Below are positions 50,420 through 60,391 of a stretch of DNA of 64,000 nt, one piece after another. The notes below the pieces were generated by a model. That model was not told the DNA's origin. It did not search any database and saw nothing but the letters and a program-made list of their open reading frames with translations. Position numbers and translations under genes: made by a program. The first letter of the stretch is position 1. Each line of letters opens with the position of its first letter. Origin of the DNA: a virus; IMG/VR virus record IMGVR_UViG_3300012005_000003, positions 37,401 to 101,400 of that record. One strand, given 5' to 3'.

Positions 50420-52261
50420 TTAATTTTTAAATTGACCTTTCAATTTAACATAATTAGGAAGTTCTAATTCGCCTTTATTATTTTGGCAATAAAAATCTCC
50501 TCCTACATTTTCAGGACAACCTTCCAAAGTTGTTAATTCATTACTTGTACAACTAAAATTTCCTCCTATGTATTCAGGACATCCTTGCAAAGATGTTAAT
50601 TTGTTATTATAACATTGAAAACTTCCATTTATATTATCTGGACTTCCTTCCAGAGATGTTAAATCATTATATGAACAACCAAAATCTCCTCCTATCTTCC
50701 GTGGACAGTTTTTCAATGTAGTTAATTTATTATTATAACAATTAAAATCGCCATTTACTTCAACATCTTTCAGCCATGCAGGTATTTCAGTCCATTGTTC
50801 TCCTGTTAACCAAACATCTCCATTAACTTTTTTCAGTTTTACGAACTTTGGATCTATGTCCATGAAGGATTCATCAAGCTTAAGTTCTCCATCTATCACT
50901 TCCTGAGAAAGCAGCTTGATGTTAATCTGCTTGAGCTTCTCCTTGCGCCCTTCCAGGTTACGAGGAACTAACAGGTTTTCATTTACGAATTGTTTAAAGT
51001 TTGTTATGATTTTACTTTCTCCTAATTTATTTTGTGCTATATCATGTTTGATATCTTTAACGATATCGTTTATCTCTTTTGTTGCATTTTTATCTCCTGA
51101 TAAAATGTTCTTCATTATAGCATTAAACTCTTTAGCTGGTTTAGAAGATAAAACAGCTATAATATTATTTTTGTATTCTTCGTTTCTGCTATCGTATATA
51201 GCATCATTCAATCTCTGCCAGAATCCAGGCCCTAGTCTCAGAGCCATTCTTTCAGAAGCTAAAGAATCTGCAGCTTTTATAACTTTTGTTCTTTCTTCAC
51301 TTGATAATGAATCATGTGACATCAATAATTCTGTAACTCCTTTTGCCAATTCGTGAATCAGGAATGGAAACGATGTTGCAGTTACAATGATTTTTGGAGT
51401 ATCATCCTGAAGATCCAATTTTATTTTACCAACACTTGATTCTTCTCCTCCGAAGTTATCAGGAACTACCCAGTATCCGTATTCAGACATCACGCTTAAT
51501 ATAGAATACATATCTACTAAACCTGGATGAATCTTTTTAAGTCCATCAGAAATCAAATGATATGCATATGTAGTTTTTACTGCAGAACCATGAATAAGAC
51601 TGTTGATGAATTTTCTCTTTTCCACTTCAAGCTCCAAACCAGTTAAATCATCTGCTATTTCTTCTGCATCTTCATCGTCTATGTCAGATAATGAAATCTC
51701 ACCATGTTTTATCATCTTGGCTTCGAAATCTACATCATCTTCTGATATATTAAATTCTTTACAGATAAGATCTATTGCAAGTTTTTCCAAATCTTCTATA
51801 TGATCAGCTTCTATCTCGACAACTTCATTGTAAACTTTCATCAACAACATCTGAAGATCCATCATATTTTCTATATCAATATGTTTGTCGTGTACATATG
51901 ACTGTAACTTATCAACTATCTCTTTGAATCTCTCATCAGCTATAATCTTATCAAAATCTTCATTTGGATAAGCTGGGTTTTTTGCCAAACTGTGAGTTTT
52001 AGATTTCAAAGATTTGTCTATATCAGAGTGTCTCTTGTGAGACATAGCTTCGTTTAAAACTTCTGATATAAGCTTGTATGCTTTTGGCTTTGGAGATTCT
52101 TTTGGATCTCTTTTTCCAGGTTTGAATGGATTGATCGAAGGCTTAGTTGCAGGTTCTGCAATCTTTGGTTCACTTGGAGCAATCAAAGGTTGAGGCTCTT
52201 TTGTGTTCTTTTCGTTTAATCTCTTTTTAAAGTTTGTAAAATCTGATAATTTTTTAAACAT
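50420..52261 (-). CDS. Leader-tagged helical protein fused to LRR paralog 3 (5 repeats, ~50420..51013)
   Basis: MFKKLSDFTNFKKRLNE; LIHELAKGVTE; internal KIITNFKQFVNENLLVPRN starts the LRR module. Confidence 0.8.
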   Translation of the reverse strand: MFKKLSDFTNFKKRLNEKNTKEPQPLIAPSEPKIAEPATKPSINPFKPGKRDPKESPKPKAYKLISEVLNEAMSHKRHSDIDKSLKSKTHSLAKNPAYPNEDFDKIIADERFKEIVDKLQSYVHDKHIDIENMMDLQMLLMKVYNEVVEIEADHIEDLEKLAIDLICKEFNISEDDVDFEAKMIKHGEISLSDIDDEDAEEIADDLTGLELEVEKRKFINSLIHGSAVKTTYAYHLISDGLKKIHPGLVDMYSILSVMSEYGYWVVPDNFGGEESSVGKIKLDLQDDTPKIIVTATSFPFLIHELAKGVTELLMSHDSLSSEERTKVIKAADSLASERMALRLGPGFWQRLNDAIYDSRNEEYKNNIIAVLSSKPAKEFNAIMKNILSGDKNATKEINDIVKDIKHDIAQNKLGESKIITNFKQFVNENLLVPRNLEGRKEKLKQINIKLLSQEVIDGELKLDESFMDIDPKFVKLKKVNGDVWLTGEQWTEIPAWLKDVEVNGDFNCYNNKLTTLKNCPRKIGGDFGCSYNDLTSLEGSPDNINGSFQCYNNKLTSLQGCPEYIGGNFSCTSNELTTLEGCPENVGGDFYCQNNKGELELPNYVKLKGQFKN

Positions 52262-52291
52262 AGTTTGTATTTATTTCTTATCTATATATTG

Positions 52292-52320
52292 AAAAAGAGA
52301 TGCGTTGCTGCATCTCTTTT
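52292..52320. terminator. Intrinsic terminator
   Basis: AAAAAGAGATGC-GTTGCT-GCATCTCTTTT. Confidence 0.8.
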
Positions 52321-52333
52321 GAATATTTTTTAA

Positions 52334-52945
52334 TTAGTCTTTTTTGGTTTTATCTGATATATCAGCTGGATCCGTTCCTTCAGGAACGTTATCAACTATA
52401 TCAACGAAAGTTCGGTTGTAAATAGCCGCTTCCTTTTCAGAATATGAATCCTGTAATGCTTTGATGAAAGCTTTTGGAGTCTTAGGATCTTTGTTTATTT
52501 TTTTATTCCATGAATTACCAATTTCCAAAGTGTAACCGAAATAATTGATCATATCTACTAAAGTTCCTATGACATATTTAGTTCTGCTACCATTTCTGCT
52601 AGATTCCACTTTAACTATGAAAGATTTATCCATTTTTGCTTCTAACACTACTTCAATTCCTTCTTTGACATTTTCCTTCTTAGCTTGTTTCAAAGCATCA
52701 TCAAATATGTTTTTTTCAGGATTGATATTTGCAACAAATGCCAACATGCCTACAACTTCTTTCTCGTTGTCATCTGTAGCCTTCATTAAGGCATCGTAAA
52801 GTTCTTTACCAGTCTTGAAAGATCCTGAAACAGTTTCATCTTCTTTCAATCCTAACAATTTGTGCATTTTACCTTGTTTAGGCTTAAATTTATCAGAAAA
52901 GAAGTTTTTCTTTTCATTAACAAAATCTTCAAATCTTTTGATCAT
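52334..52945 (-). CDS. Leader-tagged protein directly downstream of portal
   Basis: MIKRFEDFVNE; AATATATAA upstream. Confidence 0.8.
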   Translation of the reverse strand: MIKRFEDFVNEKKNFFSDKFKPKQGKMHKLLGLKEDETVSGSFKTGKELYDALMKATDDNEKEVVGMLAFVANINPEKNIFDDALKQAKKENVKEGIEVVLEAKMDKSFIVKVESSRNGSRTKYVIGTLVDMINYFGYTLEIGNSWNKKINKDPKTPKAFIKALQDSYSEKEAAIYNRTFVDIVDNVPEGTDPADISDKTKKD

Positions 52946-52979
52946 CTTTAATTTTATTTTTTATGCTTTATATATTATT

Positions 52980-54632
52980 TTAAGAAGCTGGTTGTTCAGG
53001 TTGTTCAGGTTGTTCTGCTGGAGCTTCTGCAGCTGGAGCTTCTGCAACCGGTTCTTCACCAGCTGGTTCTGCAGCTATTTCCTCGGTTGGAACTTGTCCA
53101 AGTTTTCTCATTTTCGCTTTTTTGTTCTCTTCTATCTCAATATCAGTCAGTTTTAAAATCCTCTTGATCAAGTAATCTATATCGAAGTATGACTCTGGAG
53201 CTTCTTTTGGAATATTGGTTAATAGATTTGCAAGAATGTTTGCTCTCTTTTCCAAGATACCAATCTCTTTCCACTCTTCGAACATGTTGTTCTGATTGAA
53301 ACGAACATTGATAGAATTTATAAAAGAAGCATCGTTCTTCAATTCTGGAAATTCTAATAAAGTCTGTATGATCAAAGGTTTCACAATGATCTCTTTGAAC
53401 ATAGCTCTCAATCTGGATACAAAATTAGTAAATCTCATTTCATCACGAGTCACCTCTGATGCATCAGAGAATATGTTACCACCACCAGTTGAGCCATCAA
53501 GACGTGATGCCGGAACTTTTGAACTTCTCTTCAGAGCTCCCATGAACCAGTTCAACATGGATTCTTCGTTAAGATCTGCCGTATCTGGTTTTATCATTTC
53601 TATACTAGGAGTTCCAGATTCAGATTCAGGAAACCACCATTGTTTACTGAAAGGTATATGAGCTGAACCATTGATTGATACTGTTCCCATTTCATCATTA
53701 AATGATACTTCATCTTTGTAATCAGCTATCAACTGTCCTATCTCTTCCTCTGCTCTGGTTTTTGATAAACCTCCAACAGGGATGATGAACTTCTGATACA
53801 TTGTAGCATTCATGATATTGAACATGATACGAGACTGTTCTATCAATTTCAACTGATTGTAAGGCCGTATTAAATTCTCAACATAACTGGTTTCGAAAAT
53901 ACCAATGCTGTTGTTTCCAGAATATGCCAGATATATGATAGAAGAATCCAACATGATTTTTCTATTTTGTATATCGTTAGGATGTTGTATCCATACTTTC
54001 TTTCCTGACATAGGTTCTACCGCAGGAACCAGTGTTGCAGGATCCAACATTTTTATATCTATGATCACCTTCTGTCTGTCATCGTATACAATCTCGAAAG
54101 CCAAGTAACCATCGACAATGAATTGTCTGAAATAGTTCCATGCTGTGATACCATCGTTAAATCCTAGTGTATTGTACACTTGTTCGAATATCTGATAATA
54201 ACGGTCTTTTACTTTCTTTGCTACATTCTCTTTGAGATCTACAGGGAAACAGAATTTTGATCCATCGTCATAATCTATTGCATCATCACAAACTATTGTG
54301 ATATACTCACTGATCTCACCTTTGACAGAATACTGTCTCAATATCTTCTGTTTTTCAGTATATGCAAAATTCAAAAATGCAACAGATTTCTTTTCTAGAA
54401 CTTTAGAAACAGCTCTTCTTGAAAAAATATCATACATGCTACCAGATGTAGCAAGAGTATTAGGATCTTCATTTATTCCAGTTGCACTAGAATTCTTGAG
54501 GATCATATCATCGTATTTCATACCCCAGTTCCATGAGGAAAGATCTCTCAATACTTTATTGTAGAAAGATTTATTGCCTATGTTACTAGGTGAGTACTGT
54601 ATCTGACGATATGGGTTTGCTGATCCTGCCAT
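52980..54632 (-). CDS. gp20: Portal protein (T4 gp20-like)
   Basis: FRQFIVDGYL, RPYNQLKLIEQS, VGGLSKTRAEE, KVPASRL, EVTRDEMRFTNFVSRLR. Confidence 0.92.
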   Translation of the reverse strand: MAGSANPYRQIQYSPSNIGNKSFYNKVLRDLSSWNWGMKYDDMILKNSSATGINEDPNTLATSGSMYDIFSRRAVSKVLEKKSVAFLNFAYTEKQKILRQYSVKGEISEYITIVCDDAIDYDDGSKFCFPVDLKENVAKKVKDRYYQIFEQVYNTLGFNDGITAWNYFRQFIVDGYLAFEIVYDDRQKVIIDIKMLDPATLVPAVEPMSGKKVWIQHPNDIQNRKIMLDSSIIYLAYSGNNSIGIFETSYVENLIRPYNQLKLIEQSRIMFNIMNATMYQKFIIPVGGLSKTRAEEEIGQLIADYKDEVSFNDEMGTVSINGSAHIPFSKQWWFPESESGTPSIEMIKPDTADLNEESMLNWFMGALKRSSKVPASRLDGSTGGGNIFSDASEVTRDEMRFTNFVSRLRAMFKEIIVKPLIIQTLLEFPELKNDASFINSINVRFNQNNMFEEWKEIGILEKRANILANLLTNIPKEAPESYFDIDYLIKRILKLTDIEIEENKKAKMRKLGQVPTEEIAAEPAGEEPVAEAPAAEAPAEQPEQPEQPAS

Positions 54633-54646
54633 GTGTTATGTATATA

Positions 54647-55204
54647 TTATGTGAAGCTTTGCCAGAAAGAGAAAGAAGCTTCTAATCTTTTTAATTCTTC
54701 TTTCATAGCTTCTATATTGATTGCTACATCTCCTGGTAATTTATAAGTATAAGTTTCTAACATATTTATTAGATCCATTTTACATAGAATTACACAATAG
54801 TCTTTGAACAATTGTGTAGCAGCGATGAAATCATCTCCAACATATTTGACAACCATTGCATTGAGTTCATCATGTCTGATATGATCCAAAATAGTCAATA
54901 TATTATTTGTTGTATTATAAAAGAATTTCTTTGTATTATCAGTTTCGTTTCTTACATTGACTGATACAACTGTTAAAACATCTCTACCAAGGTGAGCTTG
55001 TTGAGTCAATAATTCGAAATTATCTTTCAATGATATATTTTCATAATATCCAGCAAATTTGCTATTCTTTTTGAAATAATCTAAAGCTCTGTCGATGTTC
55101 ATATCGATCATATCGACAGAAAATAATTCTGGTAATTTACATCCATAAGTCAATCTTGTTTTAATGTAATATTTTACTTTTTCCAATTGATCTTTATTTT
55201 CCAT
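54647..55204 (-). CDS. gp13: Neck protein (gp13-like)
   Basis: IDRALDYF; FKDYCVILCK...LPGDVAIN parallel T4 gp13 motifs. Confidence 0.7.
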   Translation of the reverse strand: MENKDQLEKVKYYIKTRLTYGCKLPELFSVDMIDMNIDRALDYFKKNSKFAGYYENISLKDNFELLTQQAHLGRDVLTVVSVNVRNETDNTKKFFYNTTNNILTILDHIRHDELNAMVVKYVGDDFIAATQLFKDYCVILCKMDLINMLETYTYKLPGDVAINIEAMKEELKRLEASFSFWQSFT

Positions 55205-55952
55205 TTTTAATGTTGTTTAGATTGTTTAAATCTTCTATTGATTTATTCAGATTCTCTCGAGTAGTTTTAAAATCTTGCATGCTTTTTTCTAAAACTTTAT
55301 CTATATCCTTCCAATTGTTCATAGTATCCTTCATCAGGTTCTGATGCCTTTCATCTCTAGTCTTCAGTTTGGCCTTCCAGATCTGAGCAAGTTTGCCTTC
55401 ATCTACATTAGTGAACACTTGGCTGTTCATAGTCAGAAATCTTTCAAGTTGTGTAAAGCTGATTTCGTACACTTTGTTTACGAGCCTGAGATCGAATTCT
55501 CTGATCGAATATTCGAAACCTATTGCAGATAACATCTGATATACATTTTCGTAAGATATACCATTCATGGGTTGTTCTTGCATTCCAGCTTTAGTCTTAT
55601 CATCTTTGGATTTAAGTAAGTTTTCTTGACCATCAAACATCTTATCGAATAATCTGATCCTGAGCTTCATCGGAATGAAATTGATACTTAAACCGAAAAC
55701 TATCTTGGTATGTTCTAGTTGTTTCCAATCTGTGAGAAGTATTGGAGCATATTGTTCCAGTTTGGAACTCTTTCCTTGAAGATTGTAAAGAAGGAAATAG
55801 AACTTACCAGCAAGCATATCTGACAGATTGACAACAGAAACACCATCTGAAGGAGATTGTAGTTTATCTATCATCCATTTCGATGAATTGTTAGATAGTT
55901 TTTCTCCTTCAGTTCTGTAAAGAAGCTCTAAGTTATCTAATAGTTTTCCCAA
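55194..55952 (-). CDS. gp2: DNA end protector protein (gp2-like)
   Basis: GKFYFLLY...YAPIL...GLSINFIPMKLR. Confidence 0.7.
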   Translation of the reverse strand: MGKLLDNLELLYRTEGEKLSNNSSKWMIDKLQSPSDGVSVVNLSDMLAGKFYFLLYNLQGKSSKLEQYAPILLTDWKQLEHTKIVFGLSINFIPMKLRIRLFDKMFDGQENLLKSKDDKTKAGMQEQPMNGISYENVYQMLSAIGFEYSIREFDLRLVNKVYEISFTQLERFLTMNSQVFTNVDEGKLAQIWKAKLKTRDERHQNLMKDTMNNWKDIDKVLEKSMQDFKTTRENLNKSIEDLNNLNNIKNGK

Positions 55953-55953
55953 T

Positions 55954-56457
55954 TTACTCTTTGATTCTGTTTAAGTGTTTCTCAGTGATGATGTAGAATT
56001 CAAGATCTCTTGCTTTGCAATATTCTTTAGCTCTCTCCCATTTGTATACATTTTTTGTATATGTCTTGATCTGGTATTCGAACGATTCCAGTTTTTTAGA
56101 ATTTGCATTCTTTGGCAACACTGGCGGCTTCGTTTCGTTCAGAGGTTTAACTTCCAACACCATGCGTTTGAATTTGTCTGGGTTGCCGTCTATACACATT
56201 TCAACATAGAAATCAGGATAATACCTGTGAGGTTTACCCATCATGTCGTTATATTTGATCTCTATGAATTCAGCACCCCATCTTGCAACTTTTCCTGTAC
56301 CTGATAAATAATCCAACCATATCATGATCCTTTTTTCCCAGGATGATCTGAAATACAAACCACCTTCATTGTTCAGTTTGATCACCTTGTTTTTGTTCTG
56401 TGGTGTATACAGTCCTTGCTGGTAGTTACCTCTCTGTGTCGGTTTACTATTAAGCAT
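55954..56457 (-). CDS. gp4: Head completion nuclease (gp4-like)
   Basis: FRSSWE, RWGAE, HRYYPDF, LEVKP, KWERA, IITE. Confidence 0.88.
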   Translation of the reverse strand: MLNSKPTQRGNYQQGLYTPQNKNKVIKLNNEGGLYFRSSWEKRIMIWLDYLSGTGKVARWGAEFIEIKYNDMMGKPHRYYPDFYVEMCIDGNPDKFKRMVLEVKPLNETKPPVLPKNANSKKLESFEYQIKTYTKNVYKWERAKEYCKARDLEFYIITEKHLNRIKE

Positions 56458-57121
56458 TTAATACATAATGGAATTTCTGTTTGTCTGCTGTAGAATAAGT
56501 GACGTCTTTTATATCTTCTATAGTGATGACGTCTTTAAATTTCTTTAAATATTTTTCACCAGTTCCTTTCAAGCAATAAGCCAATGTGATATGAGGAACA
56601 TACGCATCGTAATCTGATTTATAAGGAAACTCTTTCAATTCTTCATGAAGAGCTATAAGTTCTTCAGAAGGTATGACTGCGATCTTGACAACATCGAATT
56701 TCTCATTATCGAACATGCTGATTTCTGAAATCTGAACTGTGAAAGGTTCATACTGCATGATCACTTTTTCTACATCTTCTGGAGTTGCTGCATCTTCATC
56801 ATCTTGTTCAGAAACCAAACCGTACAAAGCTGTTATATGGACATCGTCCTGTTTTCCAAATCTGTTCGGGTTTTCAGGATCGTTGTATAAATCTTCATCA
56901 GATATCTCGTCTTGCATCTTTCTGATTATATCTATAGAGTCGCCATTTGTGACATCCAACATCACACATCCGTAACTGTATTTTGCTTTCTCCTCTTTTC
57001 CTTCGTTTAGAAAAATATGATCAGCAATACCAATACGACCTTTTTTATGAATAGTGTTCGAAGCTTCTAAAATTTTAGAAGCTAAAGATCTTTGTTTTAG
57101 AAACCCTTTGAAATCTAACAT
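56450..57121 (-). CDS. 2H phosphoesterase, T4 57B/Acb1-like, with a leader-like N-terminal extension
   Basis: Two HxT motifs (VHITALYG, PHITLAY); YSYGCVM; MLDFKGF...IFLNE. Confidence 0.8.
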   Translation of the reverse strand: MLDFKGFLKQRSLASKILEASNTIHKKGRIGIADHIFLNEGKEEKAKYSYGCVMLDVTNGDSIDIIRKMQDEISDEDLYNDPENPNRFGKQDDVHITALYGLVSEQDDEDAATPEDVEKVIMQYEPFTVQISEISMFDNEKFDVVKIAVIPSEELIALHEELKEFPYKSDYDAYVPHITLAYCLKGTGEKYLKKFKDVITIEDIKDVTYSTADKQKFHYVLNA

Positions 57122-57159
57122 GTTACAAGTTTTTATTTTATGTTCTATATATCGAAATT

Positions 57160-57546
57160 TTACAAATGGTGAAGTCCTTCACCATCATTTGCTCTATCTA
57201 GAGACATTAATCTGATCAAGTTGTCAGGATCACCCTTCTTCTTATGAAGTTCGTTGTAACCTGCTGCAATACCTCGTTTGAAAATTTCTGTGTAGTAAGA
57301 GAATGCATCAGTGTATTTCTCTTCATTGAATTTAGACCAGTTATCGAACAGGTTTAATAATCCTGTCTGTATACAATCCTTACGATCGTCAGGATTGGAA
57401 TACACCATCTTGCGAATTGCTCTGTCTGCAATCTTTTTTAGCATCTCTTCAGCATCTCTGGTTAAAAAACCGTACGCTTTGGAGATCACGATCTGTTTGT
57501 AGATCTCTTTTTTGTCAATATAGAAATTGTTGATATTATCAGCCAT
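57160..57546 (-). CDS. gp55: Late-transcription sigma factor (gp55-like)
   Basis: YIDKKE...IADRA...DCIQTG...KFNEEKYTDAFSYYTEI parallels T4 gp55 YVNNKE...NFDETKYKNPHAYITQ. Confidence 0.8.
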   Translation of the reverse strand: MADNINNFYIDKKEIYKQIVISKAYGFLTRDAEEMLKKIADRAIRKMVYSNPDDRKDCIQTGLLNLFDNWSKFNEEKYTDAFSYYTEIFKRGIAAGYNELHKKKGDPDNLIRLMSLDRANDGEGLHHL

Positions 57547-57658
57547 CTTTGGAGCTTTAATTTTTTGGTTGCTGTTTTTAAAAATTATAAGGCTTTAGAT
57601 GGCGTAAAAATGGTAATTACTATATTGTATGCATGTCAGAGAGAAAAGTTTAGAACAT

Positions 57659-57691
57659 AAAAAAAGGTGTAGATTTCTCTACACCTTTTTT
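57659..57691. terminator. Intrinsic terminator
   Basis: AAAAAAGGTGTAGA-TTTC-TCTACACCTTTTTT. Confidence 0.85.
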
Positions 57692-57715
57692 ATTTACGGT
57701 TTTTGATTATGGCTA

Positions 57716-58332
57716 TTAATGCTGTGTTTTAGCATGAATAAAAGTTATAATTTCTTTGGCTCTTTTCAAATCATGCTCTTTATGTTCTAGTTCATTATTC
57801 AATCTATCTATGATTGGTTGATAAACTTTTTTTACACAATCAACAGCTTCATCTAATGTTATATTCTTATTTAAAATAATATTTATAACATCTTCTAGTT
57901 CTTCCTTACTAGGTGAATCACATAACAATACATATAGTTCCATTACTAAGCACTCAAACGGTGCGTATAGATCTTAATATGTAATTTTTTACGAGCACAT
58001 ACGATAAAATCTTGTATGTTATCCTTACCCCATTGGCTGTTGACTGCTACATCTTTATTGCCAACTTTAATAATATCTTCTAAGTTTAAAAAGAATCTAC
58101 CTTTGTTTGCTTTATTGACGTTTTGCGCTATTTCAAACCCGGAATGTAATTCCTTTCTAGGAAATAAATTCTGTAACGTATCAAGTGTTACATCTGGATG
58201 CTCCTTAACATAGTCGCTTACTACAGCAAGAACCAAATGCCCTTTACCGTATTTTTCTCCTTTGAATGTGTACTTTGAATAGTCTCTTGCTGATTTTGTT
58301 AAATTTTTCATATTATTTGTTTTTTTTTTCAA
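57716..58332 (-). CDS. Two hypothetical proteins (57716..57943, 57946..58332)
   Basis: ORFs; TAAATTTG -7-like box at 58358-58365 (-). Confidence 0.6.
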
Positions 58333-58430
58333 TAAACAACATTGTCTATTGGTTTAGCAAATTTATGAATACTTTCGATTTTAGTTGTTACACCCTAATA
58401 TAAAAAAGTTACACATTTATTACATTGACG

Positions 58431-58470
58431 AAACTAAAAAAGCCGCACATATGCGGCTTTTTTAGTTTTT
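58431..58470. terminator. Intrinsic terminator
   Basis: AAACTAAAAAAGCCGCA-CATA-TGCGGCTTTTTTAGTTT. Confidence 0.85.
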
Positions 58471-58482
58471 ATATGATTAAAT

Positions 58483-59769
58483 TTATTTAACCATCGATTT
58501 TGTAAATTCTAACTGCTTGGATTTGATATCTTTAAGAGCTTGTTTCTTTACTTGCTCTGTAACGATCAACTTCTCCATGATTGAGTTCAAACCTTCAGAT
58601 TCATCAGTTGAACTGATTGCAACTTGTAAAGATTCAATGTTCTCTTTGATTACGTTAAGATCTACAGTGATCTCTTTTTCTTTATCTTCTAAAGAACGCT
58701 TTGTTTTATGTTCTGTTGTCAAATTGTTCTCATAGAAATAAGTAACATCGCAATCAAACTGACGTTGGATATCATTAATCAATTCAGCAGTCGATACATA
58801 TTCAAATAAGCTAGTTCCTACGCGTTTATCACATGTATAAACATACATTTTACCACTATGGTTGAAACAGTAAGCTTCGTTGTAAACATTGATGATGTTG
58901 CTAACTTTAGTAACTACATCTAATTCAATGAATTTATCTACATTCTTTATAGCTTCAGCGATAACAGGATAGAAATTTCTCTTTAACATCGGAACGATAG
59001 GAGAATTGAAAATGTTTTCTAATGTCATATCTTCTTCGATTGCAACATCATTGATGTAAACTTTTTTACTATCTGTAGCTAAACTGATTACTAAGTTCTC
59101 ATCGATATGGTAATCTATTCTGTTTTCTCTGAAATCAGCAAATTTTAAAGATTCTTCAAGAATACGTAATTTTTTCAATTTAACTTCATCAGTAACTTGT
59201 TCAGAAAGATCACACATTGAAATTTTTGACTCTTCTAATAAGAACCAACGATCTTTGATGTAAACCATATGCCCTTTATCTACAGTCTCAACGATTGTAT
59301 AAACTGAGTCAGCTTTACCTGTATGCTTTAAATTCATTCTCTCTTGTGGAGTAGCTTTGAATTTCAACATGAAATGCTTAACTTCGTTGATCCAATCATA
59401 AATTGATAATTCGTTAAGGATTTTTACCATACGAGCATCATTATCAGCTTCGTTGATAGTGTTTAAAACAACTTGCATAGGATGGCGTAATAATTCACCA
59501 GTGTTCTGACGTTGCAATTTCTTGTAAAGATCCTTTAGATCATAAACTAAAGAATTATTTAACATATCATCGTTCATGCTCTCAACAAGAGATTTCACAT
59601 CTGAATCGTATGTGTAGATTTCTAACCTTTCAGTCAAAGATGTAGTTACTTCCTTCTCAGATAAGTTATCGAAGTTATTAAGGAAAGCTTCAACGATCTG
59701 ACAAACCTCTTCCTGATCTAAAGTAAGAGAGTTTTTGAAGTTGAATAATTTAAGTTTCAAATTGTCCAT
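58483..59769 (-). CDS. Probable late structural/prohead-core protein (428 aa)
   Basis: AATATATAC upstream, own terminator, coiled-coil C-terminus, several LVE/INE/LNE sites; function not recognised. Confidence 0.5.
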   Translation of the reverse strand: MDNLKLKLFNFKNSLTLDQEEVCQIVEAFLNNFDNLSEKEVTTSLTERLEIYTYDSDVKSLVESMNDDMLNNSLVYDLKDLYKKLQRQNTGELLRHPMQVVLNTINEADNDARMVKILNELSIYDWINEVKHFMLKFKATPQERMNLKHTGKADSVYTIVETVDKGHMVYIKDRWFLLEESKISMCDLSEQVTDEVKLKKLRILEESLKFADFRENRIDYHIDENLVISLATDSKKVYINDVAIEEDMTLENIFNSPIVPMLKRNFYPVIAEAIKNVDKFIELDVVTKVSNIINVYNEAYCFNHSGKMYVYTCDKRVGTSLFEYVSTAELINDIQRQFDCDVTYFYENNLTTEHKTKRSLEDKEKEITVDLNVIKENIESLQVAISSTDESEGLNSIMEKLIVTEQVKKQALKDIKSKQLEFTKSMVK

Positions 59770-59854
59770 TTGATATATTTATTTTTTGTACCTATTCAGG
59801 CTTTTGTGATAGTATATATTTAAAAAATCTAACCCTTTTTTGCTAATTCTGATT

Positions 59855-60379
59855 TTAATTTATAAATTTACCTTTTAAATCAACATAATCTGGAAGTTCC
59901 AATTTATATTTGTTTCCATAACAATAAAAATCTCCTCCTATATTTTCAGGACATCCTTCCAGAGATGCTAAATTGTTATAATAACAATCAAAATCACCTC
60001 CTATATTTTCAGGACATCCTTCCAGGGATATTAATCTATTTCTAGCGCACTTAAAACTTCCTCCTATTTCTTTTGGGCAGTTTTTCAGTGTTGTCAATTT
60101 ATTACCTGAACAACTAAAATTACCATTTACTTCAACATCTTTCAGCCACTCAGGAATTTCAGTCCATTCTAATGACGATAACCGAATATTACCATTCACC
60201 TTTTTAAGTTTTACGAACTTTGCATCTATGTCCATGAAGGATTCATTTAGCTCTAAATCTCCATCTATCACTTCCTGAGAAAGCAATCTGATGTTCATCT
60301 GTTTACGTTTTACATGTCTTTCTGCAAGGTTGCGTGGAACCAACAGGTTTTCATTGAATTGTTTAAAGTTTGTTATCAT
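59855..60379 (-). CDS. LRR paralog 4 (4 repeats) with leader
   Basis: MITNFKQFNENLLVPRN; TATATAGATCATG start context. Confidence 0.85.
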   Translation of the reverse strand: MITNFKQFNENLLVPRNLAERHVKRKQMNIRLLSQEVIDGDLELNESFMDIDAKFVKLKKVNGNIRLSSLEWTEIPEWLKDVEVNGNFSCSGNKLTTLKNCPKEIGGSFKCARNRLISLEGCPENIGGDFDCYYNNLASLEGCPENIGGDFYCYGNKYKLELPDYVDLKGKFIN

Positions 60380-60391
60380 GATCTATATATT

